NCBI RefSeq assembly: GCF_006345805.1
Contig: NC_043003.1
Span: 53,692,001 to 53,756,000, forward strand
Source of the DNA: Octopus sinensis
Lineage: Eukaryota
Direction: 5' to 3'
Length of the DNA: 64,000 bases
In this document: positions 1-11,023 of the stretch, piece by piece
Layout of the letters: every line of letters starts with the position of its first letter
Position numbering within the stretch: position 1 is the first letter of the stretch
Notes under the pieces: model-generated
What the model was told of the DNA's origin: nothing
Seen by the model: the letters and a program-made list of their open reading frames with translations, nothing else
Database searches by the model: none
Translations under genes and position numbers: made by a program

Positions 1-429
1 TCACTGGCTCTCCAGATCTCAGTCAAACCATCCAACCCATGCCAACGATGATGATGATGTATGTATTTGTGTTTGTCCTGTATCACTTGACAACCAGTGT
101 TAGTTTTTTTATGTTTCCATAACTTAGTGGTTCAGTAAAAGAGACTGGTTGAATAAGTACTAAACTTTAGAAAATACGTACTGGAGTCAATTTGTTTGAC
201 TAAAACCCTGCAAGGCAGTACTCCAGCATGGCTGCAATCCAATGACTGAAGCAAATAAAAGAACGAGAATGTAAGTATTGACATTTAATAAAGCCACAAG
301 AATAGATGTTTACTGGAGAGCATTTTAGAAAAAGGATTTTTGATTTAATATTTAATATCATATTCTGACTTAATGAGACAAACTATTAATAACTATTTGA
401 TTATATTATCCTAAGATTTATTGTGATGA

Positions 430-1450
430 GTATATGATAAAGCTGATGACCACAGATGCAATTGAGAATTGCCGACATGCATAAGTTCAAAGGAATATTT
501 TGAATCATAGCTATTGAAGTTGGGTACTCAGTGAGTGCCACCCAGCATTCTGAGAACATCAATAAAACTGGTGGTCATTCTGAAAGTCCTCAATTGGCAA
601 CCATGGAAAAGGATACATTCACTGTCATTTTGAATGTCGTTCAATAGAAATACCACATGCAGAATGGTGTCACTATCACCAAAATTTGACTAAAGTAGTT
701 CAGGTATGTAGGATGCAATGTGCAGAAAAAAAGTCATGCCTTTCTCTGAAAAACCGATGTGCCTCTGTGTTCAGTTTGCTCAGGAGTATAAGAACTGGAT
801 GTAATTGTACTGGTTGAAAATGTTGTGGTTGGATGAGTTTAAATTTAATTTGTTTGGATCTGAAGGTGAGCGTACAGCTAATATCACAGAGGAAAGGCAT
901 TTCACTCAGAATGCATTAATCCTACAGCTAGGCATAGTGGTATCTTCGTTTAGGGCCCATACGTTTGGGAAAAGAGTTGGCCCCATACATCAGTACAACC
1001 AATTTAGATATCTTGAAGAAGACTATTTTTCTTTTATATGTTGAGAATCATTTAGCCTAGACATAGATCTTTCAGCATGACAGTGGCCCAAAGCATATTA
1101 TAGAAATAGTCAAGGAATTCCTCAAAAGCAATTCATGTGCTACAGGGGCCAGCACTCTCCCCATTTTAAATCCAATAGAAAACTTATGGTAACAGGTCAA
1201 TACAAATATTCACCAATGAAAACCTAGAAATTAAGTGGACTGCATGATTACAAAGCCAAAAAAATGAGAAGAAATTTTCGATAATGTGATCAAATTTATC
1301 GTTTAAAATGTGTCTTAGACGTTATTCTATTTTGAGACATCTCAGGTATGTGCTGAAATGTTAGTACTGTTTGATTTTATTCTTGGTCTTTAATTCATAC
1401 ACACCACTTTGTTATAAAAATTATAAATTTGTAGAACTAAGTGGTATGTA
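430..1450 (+). mobile_element. Degenerate Tc1/mariner transposase remnant
   Basis: Fragments read across stops and frameshifts: RKK..LSLKNR..QFAQEYKNW, WLDEFKFNLFGSEG (cf. Tc1 WSDESKFNLFGSDG), FQHDSGPKH near 1070-1096 and LNPIENLW near 1165-1190. Boundaries are approximate. Confidence 0.8.
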
Positions 1451-2598
1451 TGAACTAAACATTATACATTTAAATCTTTAAATGTTCAAGAATTAAGTGG
1501 TGTTCATTTTTGTGGCTGTCAATAATTGTACTGGGCTAATTAAAAATTTAGATTTTAAAACTTATATCATTTAATAGAGTAATGAATTCTCTTTATTAAT
1601 ATACTGCTTAAACTGAGATTAAATAAAACAAAAATAATTAGTATTTAATTGTCACTGTATCCATTTTAACTGCAAGTTTTATATTTCTCATTGAAGAACT
1701 GCCTTCCATACAGTCTTCTCAAAAATAATGGAAAATCTATTCAACCCATAGATGGGACCCTGACAGGTACTACATACATACATACATACATGCATGCATG
1801 CATGCATGCATACATACATACATACATACATACACACACACACATACACATACATGTATATAAAACAAGTACTGGGGTTGATTTGTTTTACTAAACCCTT
1901 CTAAGCAGTGCCCCAGCATGGCCTCAGTCTGTAATGAAGTAATCCCCTCCTCATAAATCAGTCAAAATATCTCAGAAAATTGCTATTATGTTTCTTCTAA
2001 TAACTGTTTGCATGGAAAATGCTAATATTATCAATAGTTACTTGTATGTTGAATTACAGGGTTTATGCACTCATTTGTTTAATTCCTTACCCCCATGTCA
2101 TTAATTGATTTATTTAGCGCTAACAAAGGGCTATCCAATAACATAAGTATTTAGCAGAATACTTATATATACTTTTGTTGACTAATTACTATATTACTGC
2201 AAGAAATTACTGTGTCTGTTCTCATTTGTTCTCCTTAAGTTGGGATCAAGTAGTCAAACTATGTAACCCCTAGTCATGATCATCATCAAATTAACATCCA
2301 TATTTCCACGGTTGCATGGGTTGGGCAAAGTTTATTGAAGCAGATTTTTTTACATGGACATGCCCTTTCTGTTGCCACACCTTAGTTGTTAATAAGTGTG
2401 GTTCTATTTACCCATGGCCAAACATGTTTACACAGAATAATGGAAATGAGTCACACTGCTTGTGTGATGGTGACATTCCCTTAGAACTGTTATGTGATGT
2501 TAAAACAATGAGATACAAAGACAATCCCACCCACATATATACATGCACACACTCACACACACCTATATATATATATATACACACATCTAGAGACAAAA

Positions 2599-3385
2599 TT
2601 TAGGGTGTGGTAGCAAGGTCTAGCAAAACAAAAGTCTTACTAAGCAGGAAGGCTGACAAATCACAAACCCCTTCTGGTAGATGGCCCTGCTTGATCTGTA
2701 GAAAAGGCATGGGTAGAAACTCCATACAATGTACCTGATGTAAACTATGGACACATAAAAGGTGCAGTAATATCAAAAGAAGGTTAACCGGGAAGACAGT
2801 TTTTGTATGTGGCAGATGCACAGGGTCAATAAACACTGAAGATGTACAGAAAACAGATTCCATCACATGCCAGAGGGAAAAACTAGAAGTAGTTGATAGC
2901 TTCCCTTACCTAGGTGACCAAGTCTGTAGTGGGGGGTAGTTACTCTGAGAGTGTAGCGGCTAGAATAAGAATTGCCTGGGCAAAGTTCAGGGAGCTGACA
3001 ACTAAGGGCCTCTTTCTCAGGATGAAAGGCAGAATGTATGATGCATGTGTGTAAACTGCCATACTACATGGCCGTGAACCATGGGCTATGACTGCTAAGG
3101 ACATGAGTAGGCTTGAAAGAAATGAAGCTAGTATGATCCGCTGAACGTGTAATGTCAGTGTGCATGCACGACAGAGTGTAAGTACCCTGAGAGAAAAGTT
3201 GGACATAAGAAGCATCAAAGGTCGTGTGCAAGAGAGATGACTGCACTGATATGGTCATGTGTTACATATGGGTGAGGACTGGTTTGTGAGGAAGTGCCAT
3301 ACCCTAACTGGAAGGAACCTGTGGAAGAGGTAGACACAGGAAGACATGGGATGAGATGGTGAAGCATAATCTTCGAACATTGGGC
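2599..3385 (+). mobile_element. RTE-clade LINE fragment (RT C-terminal half with PHD-like finger), 5'-truncated and degenerate
   Basis: Reads KTKVL..GRWPCLICRKGMGRNSIQCT*CKLWTHKRCSNIKRRLTGKTVFVCGRC..EKLEVVDSF.YLG..RIRIAWAKFREL..GRMYDACV; highly similar to 20030-20760. Confidence 0.9.
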
Positions 3386-4019
3386 CACACACACACACAC
3401 ACATGTAGTGTGGGAAGACTGTTATCAGTTTCTGTCTACTAGATTCACTCACAAAGCTCAGACTATAGTAGAAGACTGGTTAGGAAGCAAACTTCTGAAC
3501 CGGTCAACCACACCTGGGTGGTTGATGTTAGAACAAGATCAATTTCATGCTTGAAAGCATTATTTAAGAACAGGTAAATTATCTGATGAAAGCAATAAAA
3601 CTATGTTAAGCTTCATGTCCCAATTTGGGTAAACACTGCATTAGGCTTGATTTTGCTCTTGATTACATTAACTGTTCCAGATAACATATTATTAGAACTT
3701 TTTTGTTTTCTTTTTAGTTTGGCTGTCTTAAGTTCTTTTGCATAATTTCATATATGTGACATTCAAAACCTTTTTGATATGCACCTGTCTAAGACTATTC
3801 CTGGTTCTATGATATAAACTTACTGCTTTAACCCCTTAATGGATTATCCCCAGTTTATTCGTGTATCGCAAATGTATCTTTTTAGAACCAGATGAGTATA
3901 CTTGGTCAAAATTAACTTTTAATTTTAGCACTCAAACGAGTTTATTTGTTTTGTGTTACTTCATTTTTGAGCAATCATTAACTGGTATTTTCTAACTTGC
4001 TTTATTAAATTATTCAGTT

Positions 4020-4245
4020 GCCTTTGGTATGAATTTACAGCTGGCAGAATCATTAGAATGCTGGACAAAATGCTAAGTGGCATTCACACGTCTTTACGTC
4101 CTGAGTTCAAATGCCGCTAAGGTCGACTTTTGTTTTCATCTTTTCACAGTGGATAAAATGAGTACCATTTGAGCAATGGGGCTGATGTAATCATCTTACT
4201 CCCACTTCTAAAATTGTTAGCATTGTGTTAAAATTTGAAATCATT
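4020..4245 (+). mobile_element. tRNA-derived SINE, (ATT)n-tail family
   Basis: gctggcagaatcattag...ctgagttcaaat (B box)...gtcgacttttgttttcatc...aagtacc body, shared with many copies at 52-54 kb and 63 kb. Confidence 0.7.
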
Positions 4246-5334
4246 AGTCTACACTTTCCTAACAATCACCTTGATTTTTGAGCTCTTTCTAGCTTTTTTA
4301 TCAATAAATAACAAATTCAGTTTTATTGAAGAAAAATATCTTAAGTAACATTTTGTGTTTACATGTTAATTTTTAAATGACATGCATCTTTTTTTGCTGA
4401 CTCATATGAAGTTATCATTATTGCTAGTATACCCATGTTGTCAAAAATGCAGACAGTTCTATTTATGATGGAAAATGGTGCATCAAAACAATGGGAGTAA
4501 CCATTGATAAATATCAGCAATTGAGTAAATATACATACACAGAATTGAAGTACTTGAACAGACAGTTGTAATATTTCAGTTAGAAATATTGTTGTGCATC
4601 ATCATCATCATCTTCATCATCGTTTAACATCCATTTCCCATGCCGGCATGGATTGGATGGTCTGACAAGAGCTGGCAATCCACAAAACAGCACCAAACGC
4701 CATTGTCCGTTTTGACATGGTTTTTATATGGCTGAATTCCCTTCTCAAATTCACACACTTATTGTGGTCCTTCAGTTTTTCTAAGCCCTATAAAAGAACT
4801 CAGAAGGTTGGGCTGCTAACCAGGCCTTTCACGATATCCTTAAAGTCAGGAACTTTTCAACACCCCCTTGTAGTATGTATATGTGTGTGCATATATATGC
4901 ATTACACCCATGCATATCGTATGTAAGCATGGTACAGGCATGGCTGTGTAGTAAGAATCTTGCTTCCTTGCCACATGATTCCAAGTTCAGTCCCTCTGCA
5001 TGGCACCTTGGGCAAGTGTCTTCTACTTTAGCCTTAGGCCTACCAAAGCTTTGTGAATTGATTTGGTAGACGAAAACTGAAAGAAGTCCATTGTGTGTCT
5101 GTATATATATATATATTATATATATATATATGTATATGTTATTTATATGTATATATTTATGTGTGTATCTTTATGCCTGTTTCTCCCCCATCACCTCTTG
5201 ACAACTGGTGTTGGTATGTTTATGTCCCTGTAACTTAGCAGTTTGGCAAAAGAGACCAATAAAATAAGTACTAGGCTTAAAAACCCTTTAAGGCAGTGCC
5301 TCAGTCAAATGAATGACTGAAATCAGTAAAAGAT

Positions 5335-5363
<29 letters not shown>

Positions 5364-5365
<2 letters not shown>

Positions 5366-5748
5366 GCGCAGGAGTGGCTGTGTGGTAAGTAGCTTGCTAA
5401 CCAACCACATGGTTCCGGGTTCAGTCCCACTGCATGGCATCTTGGGCAAGTGTCTTCAGCTATAGCCCCGGGCCGACCAATGCCTTGTGGGTGGATTTGG
5501 TAGACGGAAACTGAAAGAAACCTGTCGTATTTATGTATATATATATATGTGTGTGTCTGCGTTTGTCCCCCTAGCATTGCTTGACAACCGATGCTGGTGT
5601 GTTTACGTCCCCGTCACTTAGCGGTTCGGCAAAAGAGACCGATAGAATAAGTACTGGGCTTACAAAGAATAAGTCCCGGGGTCAATTTGCTCAACTAAAG
5701 GCGGTGCTCCAGCATGGCCGCAGTCAAATGACTGAAACAAGTAAAAGA

Positions 5749-5749
<1 letters not shown>
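5364..5749 (+). mobile_element. Bipartite tRNA-derived SINE (tRNA head + core + TA/TG spacer + 3' module), young copy
   Basis: A box tggctgtgtgg, B box ggttcagtccc, core cttgggcaagtgtctt, 3' module ending gactgaaacaagtaaaagag. Further copies or parts at ~60-270, 4928-5330, 7830-8030 and 37910-38250 (+), and 22400-22727, 27645-28030, 32870-33220, 51282-51850 and 62505-62880 (-). Confidence 0.9.
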
Positions 5750-5788
<39 letters not shown>

Positions 5789-7169
5789 CTATTTATCTAT
5801 AATATATATATATATTTATCTATTTATCTATAAATATATATATATATATATATTTATATTTGTTTATTTGGCACTTACTAATTTACAGTTAATTTAATTT
5901 ATAATTAATGTACTTATATCTTAATTAATAGTAACTTCTGTTTACTTATTGTGTATGTATATATACGTCTTGATGGGCAGACATATATTTTGTGATTTAG
6001 TGAACATAGGTGGAGGTGTCGGGGTGTGTACATATGTGTATGTATGTGTATGTATGTTTTGTATGTATATGTATGTTCATGGGTGGATATACGGGTGTAT
6101 GTTTTTCTTGTACATATGAGTACACAGGTGCGTATTTAGATATGTGTATATGTATATGCGAATATTTATTCATGGGTGGATATAAGTATAGGTTTTTCTT
6201 ATACGTGTAAGTGCGTAGATATATATTTAAGTATGTATATGTGTATGTGTGAATGTTCCCGGACACAGTATATGGGAGTGTATTAATGTTTATGGGTATG
6301 TGCGGATGTGCGTGTGAGTGTGTGTATGAGTGTATGGACGCTGCTATAGTTTCCCCTGCCTGCAATGACTTATCTATAAGCCACGCGATGACAGACATAT
6401 ATTTTGTACTTTAGTAATATGTGTGGATGTGTTGGGGTGTATTCATGTGTGGGTGAATGTGTGTGTGAGTTTTTGTATGGATGTGGGGGTTCAGGGTTGG
6501 ATGTGTATGTGTATGTTTTTCTTGTGCGGTGTGGTGGAGGTCTGGCGACTCTTGGCAGACCAACCGTAAGGAAGACAATGATAATTTAAATTCAAATCCA
6601 ATGTTGTATTTATATCATAAGGAAAATTACTAACTTGAACTCGGACGTACATATGTGCAACTATGGATCCTTATGTAGTGTAAACAGAATGCTTGTACTT
6701 CATACTTCGTATGTATATGCAGATATTCAACACTTTACATGGTATTGTAGTACTATTGTGACTATATTGCTAATAATGGAATCTATAAATTGCTTTTCTA
6801 GTATAAGCGTTATTAATTATAATATTAATAGTATATTAATGGTATTAATTATAATATTAATGGTATTGACAATGATAATGATGCTCACTTTGATGACACT
6901 TTAGAAATTAGTAGGAATTAATATAATGTACTATTGACTCTGTATATCTGCATTTAGGTATTAATATGTGTATGTTTATTATCGCAATATTAAGTTGAAA
7001 AACTGTAACATTGAATGTGGAACATATGTATGTTTACTAATTTATATTATTTATATCATTATGTATATGTATGTATTTATATGTATAGGAGTGTGAGTAT
7101 ATGCACTTATATGTATATGATGTATTATGGGTATGTACCCACACCCATATAGGTATATATATATATATA

Positions 7170-7530
7170 GACTGATTTATATCACATAATCTCCGAAGAG
7201 GCCTTATGATATTTTTGTAAATGTCTCATTTATAACTATATATTGACCTACCATAAAAGGCTAATATAAGTTGAATGAGACATACTTATCTACATGGCCG
7301 AAACAGCTGTAAGACGTAATCTATATTTATATTTATATTTACTTACATTTATATTCTCTTATATATATTCTACTTATTGTATAACATTACTCTTTTATGT
7401 TCACTTTTTTATGTTTAACCCTATAGTTTCTTATGTGGTGGTATAATAAAGTATGTGATTGAGTATTATCTGGTAATTGATATTTGATTTAGATGTATTT
7501 CTCCATTTTCTTATTTTGTATATATATATA
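7170..7530 (+). mobile_element. Penelope-like pLTR-type fragment inserted in (TA)n
   Basis: Flanked on both sides by TA microsatellite and carries a hammerhead-like motif. Minimal type I hammerheads in Penelope pLTRs are established; assigning this piece to Penelope is inference. Confidence 0.55.
7190..7314 (+). ncRNA. Type I hammerhead ribozyme-like motif with long stem II (U4C core variant)
   Basis: tct-CCGAAGA-ggcc[~92 nt foldback including atgtctcatt/aatgagacat]ggcc-GAA-AC-agct-GT-A-aga. All three stems pair, the stem III loop is palindromic, and the cleavage triplet is GUA. Confidence 0.7.
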
Positions 7531-8968
7531 TATATTAATTTAGAGATAGAATACCCCTACCTCTCACCTAATAAAAAGAATTTTTATTTTTATTACCTAC
7601 TGTTTTATTACTTGGCAACACGTGTTTCATGAGGTACATCCTTGGGTCTCTAAACCACTCCGTGTTTCTCTGGAGCTCCTCTCAAGATGCGACCCCAATC
7701 ATCTTTATCAACGTTCAACACAATAAATCCTATTTTAATTTTTTAAAACCCTTAAGTATGTGTAAAATAGGTATGTTTAAACATACCTAATTTAAACATG
7801 TATGTATGTTTGTGTGTGTATATGTTTGTGTGTCTATGTTTGTCCCCCCCAACATCGCTTGACAACCGATGCTGGTGTGTTTACGTCCCCGTAACTTCGC
7901 AATTCAGCAAAAGAGAACGATAGAATAAGTACTAAGCTTACAAAGAATAAGTCCTGGAGTCGATTTGCTCAACTAAAGGTGGTGCTCCAGCATGGCCACA
8001 GTCAAATTACTAAAACAAGTAAAAGAGGACCCATGTTCCAAAAATTATCTCATAAAAATATAGGGAGAATTTCTATCTTTCAGTCCACAACACTCCAAAA
8101 CTTGTATAAATGTTTAGGGAAAGAAAAAAGAATGGACGGTGGGAGCTGTGGTGACTCTTTGATGTATCACCACTGCAAACTGACATTTTCAATTTGATAA
8201 TTTTTTTCTTAAAGCGGAAATTACTATATTTTTTTGTAATGTTTATCATCCTAATGAAAGGGCAAGAAAACAGACCATGTTTTGAGTTTTAGTATATATA
8301 AACCTCTAACTCATATATACATGTGTGTGTGCGCGCGTATATATATATATATATATATATGACTGCCTGGCTCCTGAGCTGGTGGCATGTAAAAAGCACC
8401 ATCCGAACATGGTTGATGCCTGTTCCCTCATCCTGACTGGCTCTTGTGCCGGAGGTACATAAAAAGCACCCTCTACACTCTCAGAGTGGTTGGCGTTAGG
8501 AAGGGCATCCAGCTGTAGAAACATTGCCAAATCAAATTGGAGCCTGGTGTGGCCTCCTGGCTTGCCAGACACCAGTCAAACTCTCCAATCCATGCCAGCA
8601 TGGAAAACGGACGTTAAACGATGATGATGATGCATTTGTATGCATTGCATCCATACACACACACATATATATATACACAGGCGTATATATATCATCATTT
8701 AATGTTTGTTTTCCGTGCTGGCATGGGTTGGATGGCAAATTCAGAAACACACATTATATGAAATATATGGTCCATAATATACATCCAATCATAAGAGGAG
8801 TAGGTTCTTAGAGAAGTGAATTATGAATTAATAACAACCGATGGATAGGTATCAATTCATTGCAGCTGTCTATAATGATATAATGTACTCATTAATCAAT
8901 TTTAAAAATTCATTAGAAACAGCTGTTATGAATTGATACCTGTCTTTGTTATTTATTTATTTACATAT

Positions 8969-9000
<32 letters not shown>

Positions 9001-9003
<3 letters not shown>

Positions 9004-9975
9004 ATCATCATTTAAAGTCGGTTGTCCATGCTGGCATGGGTTGGACAGCTTGACCAGGGCTGCTAAGTTGGAAGGTTGCACCAGGCACCAGTCTGATTTG
9101 CCAGGGTTTTCTACAGCATGATGCCCTTCCTAATGCCAACCACTCTGAGAGTGTAATGGGTGCTATTATGTGCCACTGGCATGGTTGCCATTTGTGTGAC
9201 ACCGTGGTGCGTTTATGTGCCACTGACACAGGTGCCAATTTGTGTGACACTGGTATCTGTCACAACTGTGATTTTGCTCGGCTTAATGGGTCTTCTCAAG
9301 CACAACATAATGCCAAAAGGTCTTGGTTATTACCTCCATGAAGCCCATACTTGACCGGAACTCAGCAACTTTACCTCCATCAGGCCCAACACTTGAAAGG
9401 AACTCAGCCACCTTGCGTAGGTCTACCTCTACCAAAGGATCCCTCCACAGTTAGAGATAAGCACTTCTTTACACAGTTGTCCTCATCCATACCCATCACA
9501 TGACAATACCAGTGCAGTCGTATCTCTTGCACACCACATCTGATGCCTCTTATGCCTAACTTTGTAGGCATCTCTCAAGATGCTTACATTTTGTTGCACA
9601 TCCAATGAAGCATACAGGCTTCGTTTCTTTCAAGTCCATGCATGTCCTTGGCTGTCACAGCCATGTAGCATGGCTGTTTGTACACAGGCATCATACAGTC
9701 TACCTTTCGCACTGCGAGAGAGGCTTTTGTTGCCAGCAAAGACAGGAACTCTCTGAATTTTGCCCAGCCTAATCTTATTTTCTCAGAGCTGTCTGAGCAT
9801 CCATCTCCACTACTAACTTGGTCACCTAGGAAACGGAAGCTATCTACCACCTCCAGCTTGCCCCCATCCTCCCCGACAGTTGATGGAGTCTATTTTCTAC
9901 ACATTTTCAGTGCTTATTGTACCTGTGCATCTTCTACATACAAAAGCTTGTTTCCCTGTTGACCTTCCTCTGATA
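9001..9975 (-). mobile_element. RTE LINE 3' fragment with 3' UTR and (GAT)n tail
   Basis: Minus-strand ORF reads MVDSFRFLGDQVSSGDGCSDSSEKIRLGWAKFREFL; continues into the ggaagggcatc..gtagaaa..gcatgga..gatgatgat tail. Confidence 0.85.
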
Positions 9976-10219
9976 TATATACTTACACAAGGCTTTAGTT
10001 GCCAAGGGGCTATAGTGTGGACGACATTTACAGGAAAGAATATATAACCAGACAGGAAGAGGGCACATTGGGTAAAGTAGTTCTAAATATACAAGTGATG
10101 GAATGGTCACACTAGAACGCCTTTGATCATAGGTCACCTTGCTCGACGAGGGTTGACCAAGAGTCTGAAACAATCAGCTGTTGTACTGAGACCACTGCTC
10201 ATTTTACAGATCATATTAC

Positions 10220-10480
10220 TTTTCGCCCATGCGCATGTGACGTGTGTGTATGAGTATGTGCTCTCGCGCGCACGCGTGCTTTGATTTGAAAAATAGTCAC
10301 AGTATGTTTTTTTTTCTTTACTTTTGCTAATTAATAAAAAAAAATTGGAAATGTCATTATGAAGTACAAGTCAGACAATTACGTGTATTTATGTGACATA
10401 TAAAGCGCTGATATGGATATAAAAGGGTTAGAAATAGTTATTGAAATCCTCTTTCGTTGTCTGAAGTATGTATCGTCGCT
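10220..10480 (+). promoter_or_regulatory. Putative CpG-rich promoter and non-coding first exon (probably of egh)
   Basis: CpG cluster catgcgcatg-tgacgt (10228-10243) and tctcgcgcgcacgcgtgc (10262-10279); possible donor gaa|gtatgt at 10466. The following ~3 kb keeps CpG and lacks the SINEs. The link to egh is inference. Confidence 0.45.
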
Positions 10481-10770
10481 TTGTTTAAATGTATTCGCTT
10501 TTCATATGTAGACTTTCCAATGCTAGGTTTGATATAGTACTTACTTAACGATAACGCCACCCCGAAGAAAAAAAACAAAGAAACAGAAAGAGGGTTTTGT
10601 AAAACTTGAATAAGTACTGCTTCCGATGAATGATGGGAATCGTGGATTATTTTAAAAGCTTTATTGACAATTTCATCTAGAAATAGTAGAGTTACCTTAT
10701 ACTTTTAAACAAGCTATTTTGAGGGAACTGTTTAATAGCCAATATAGAATTTGGGGCGGACGTAAAGAAT

Positions 10771-11023
10771 GTGGACTGCGCCCCCCTTTCTTTGTTTTTT
10801 TTTTACAGAATCCCCCATTTTCGAGTACGGAAATTCTTATTCTGCAAAAAGAACGGCATTTTAAAATTTTACTCCCCCCCTCCCCAATTCTTCAATTTGG
10901 GTGGGGGGGAGATTTAAAATTTTTAAATGCCCTTTTCTTTTTTTTTTGCAGAATCAGAACCTCCGTACGCGAAAATGGGTTATTCTGTAAAAAGAAAAAA
11001 AAAAAAAAGTGGGTGCTGTCCAC
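10771..11023. repeat. Imperfect inverted repeat (foldback) with ~120-bp arms and a very short loop
   Basis: gtggactgcgccc..cccattttcgagtacgg..attctgcaaaa..ccccaatt mirrored by aatttggg..ttttgcagaat..ccgtacgcgaaaatggg..gggtgctgtccac. Confidence 0.9.

Noticed and set aside
5997-6398. 133-aa His/Thr/Tyr-rich ORF, and similar ORFs at 1691, 53629, 60713, 63311 and 63623
   Set aside because: These are translations of CA/TA/ATT/CTA microsatellite-like DNA.
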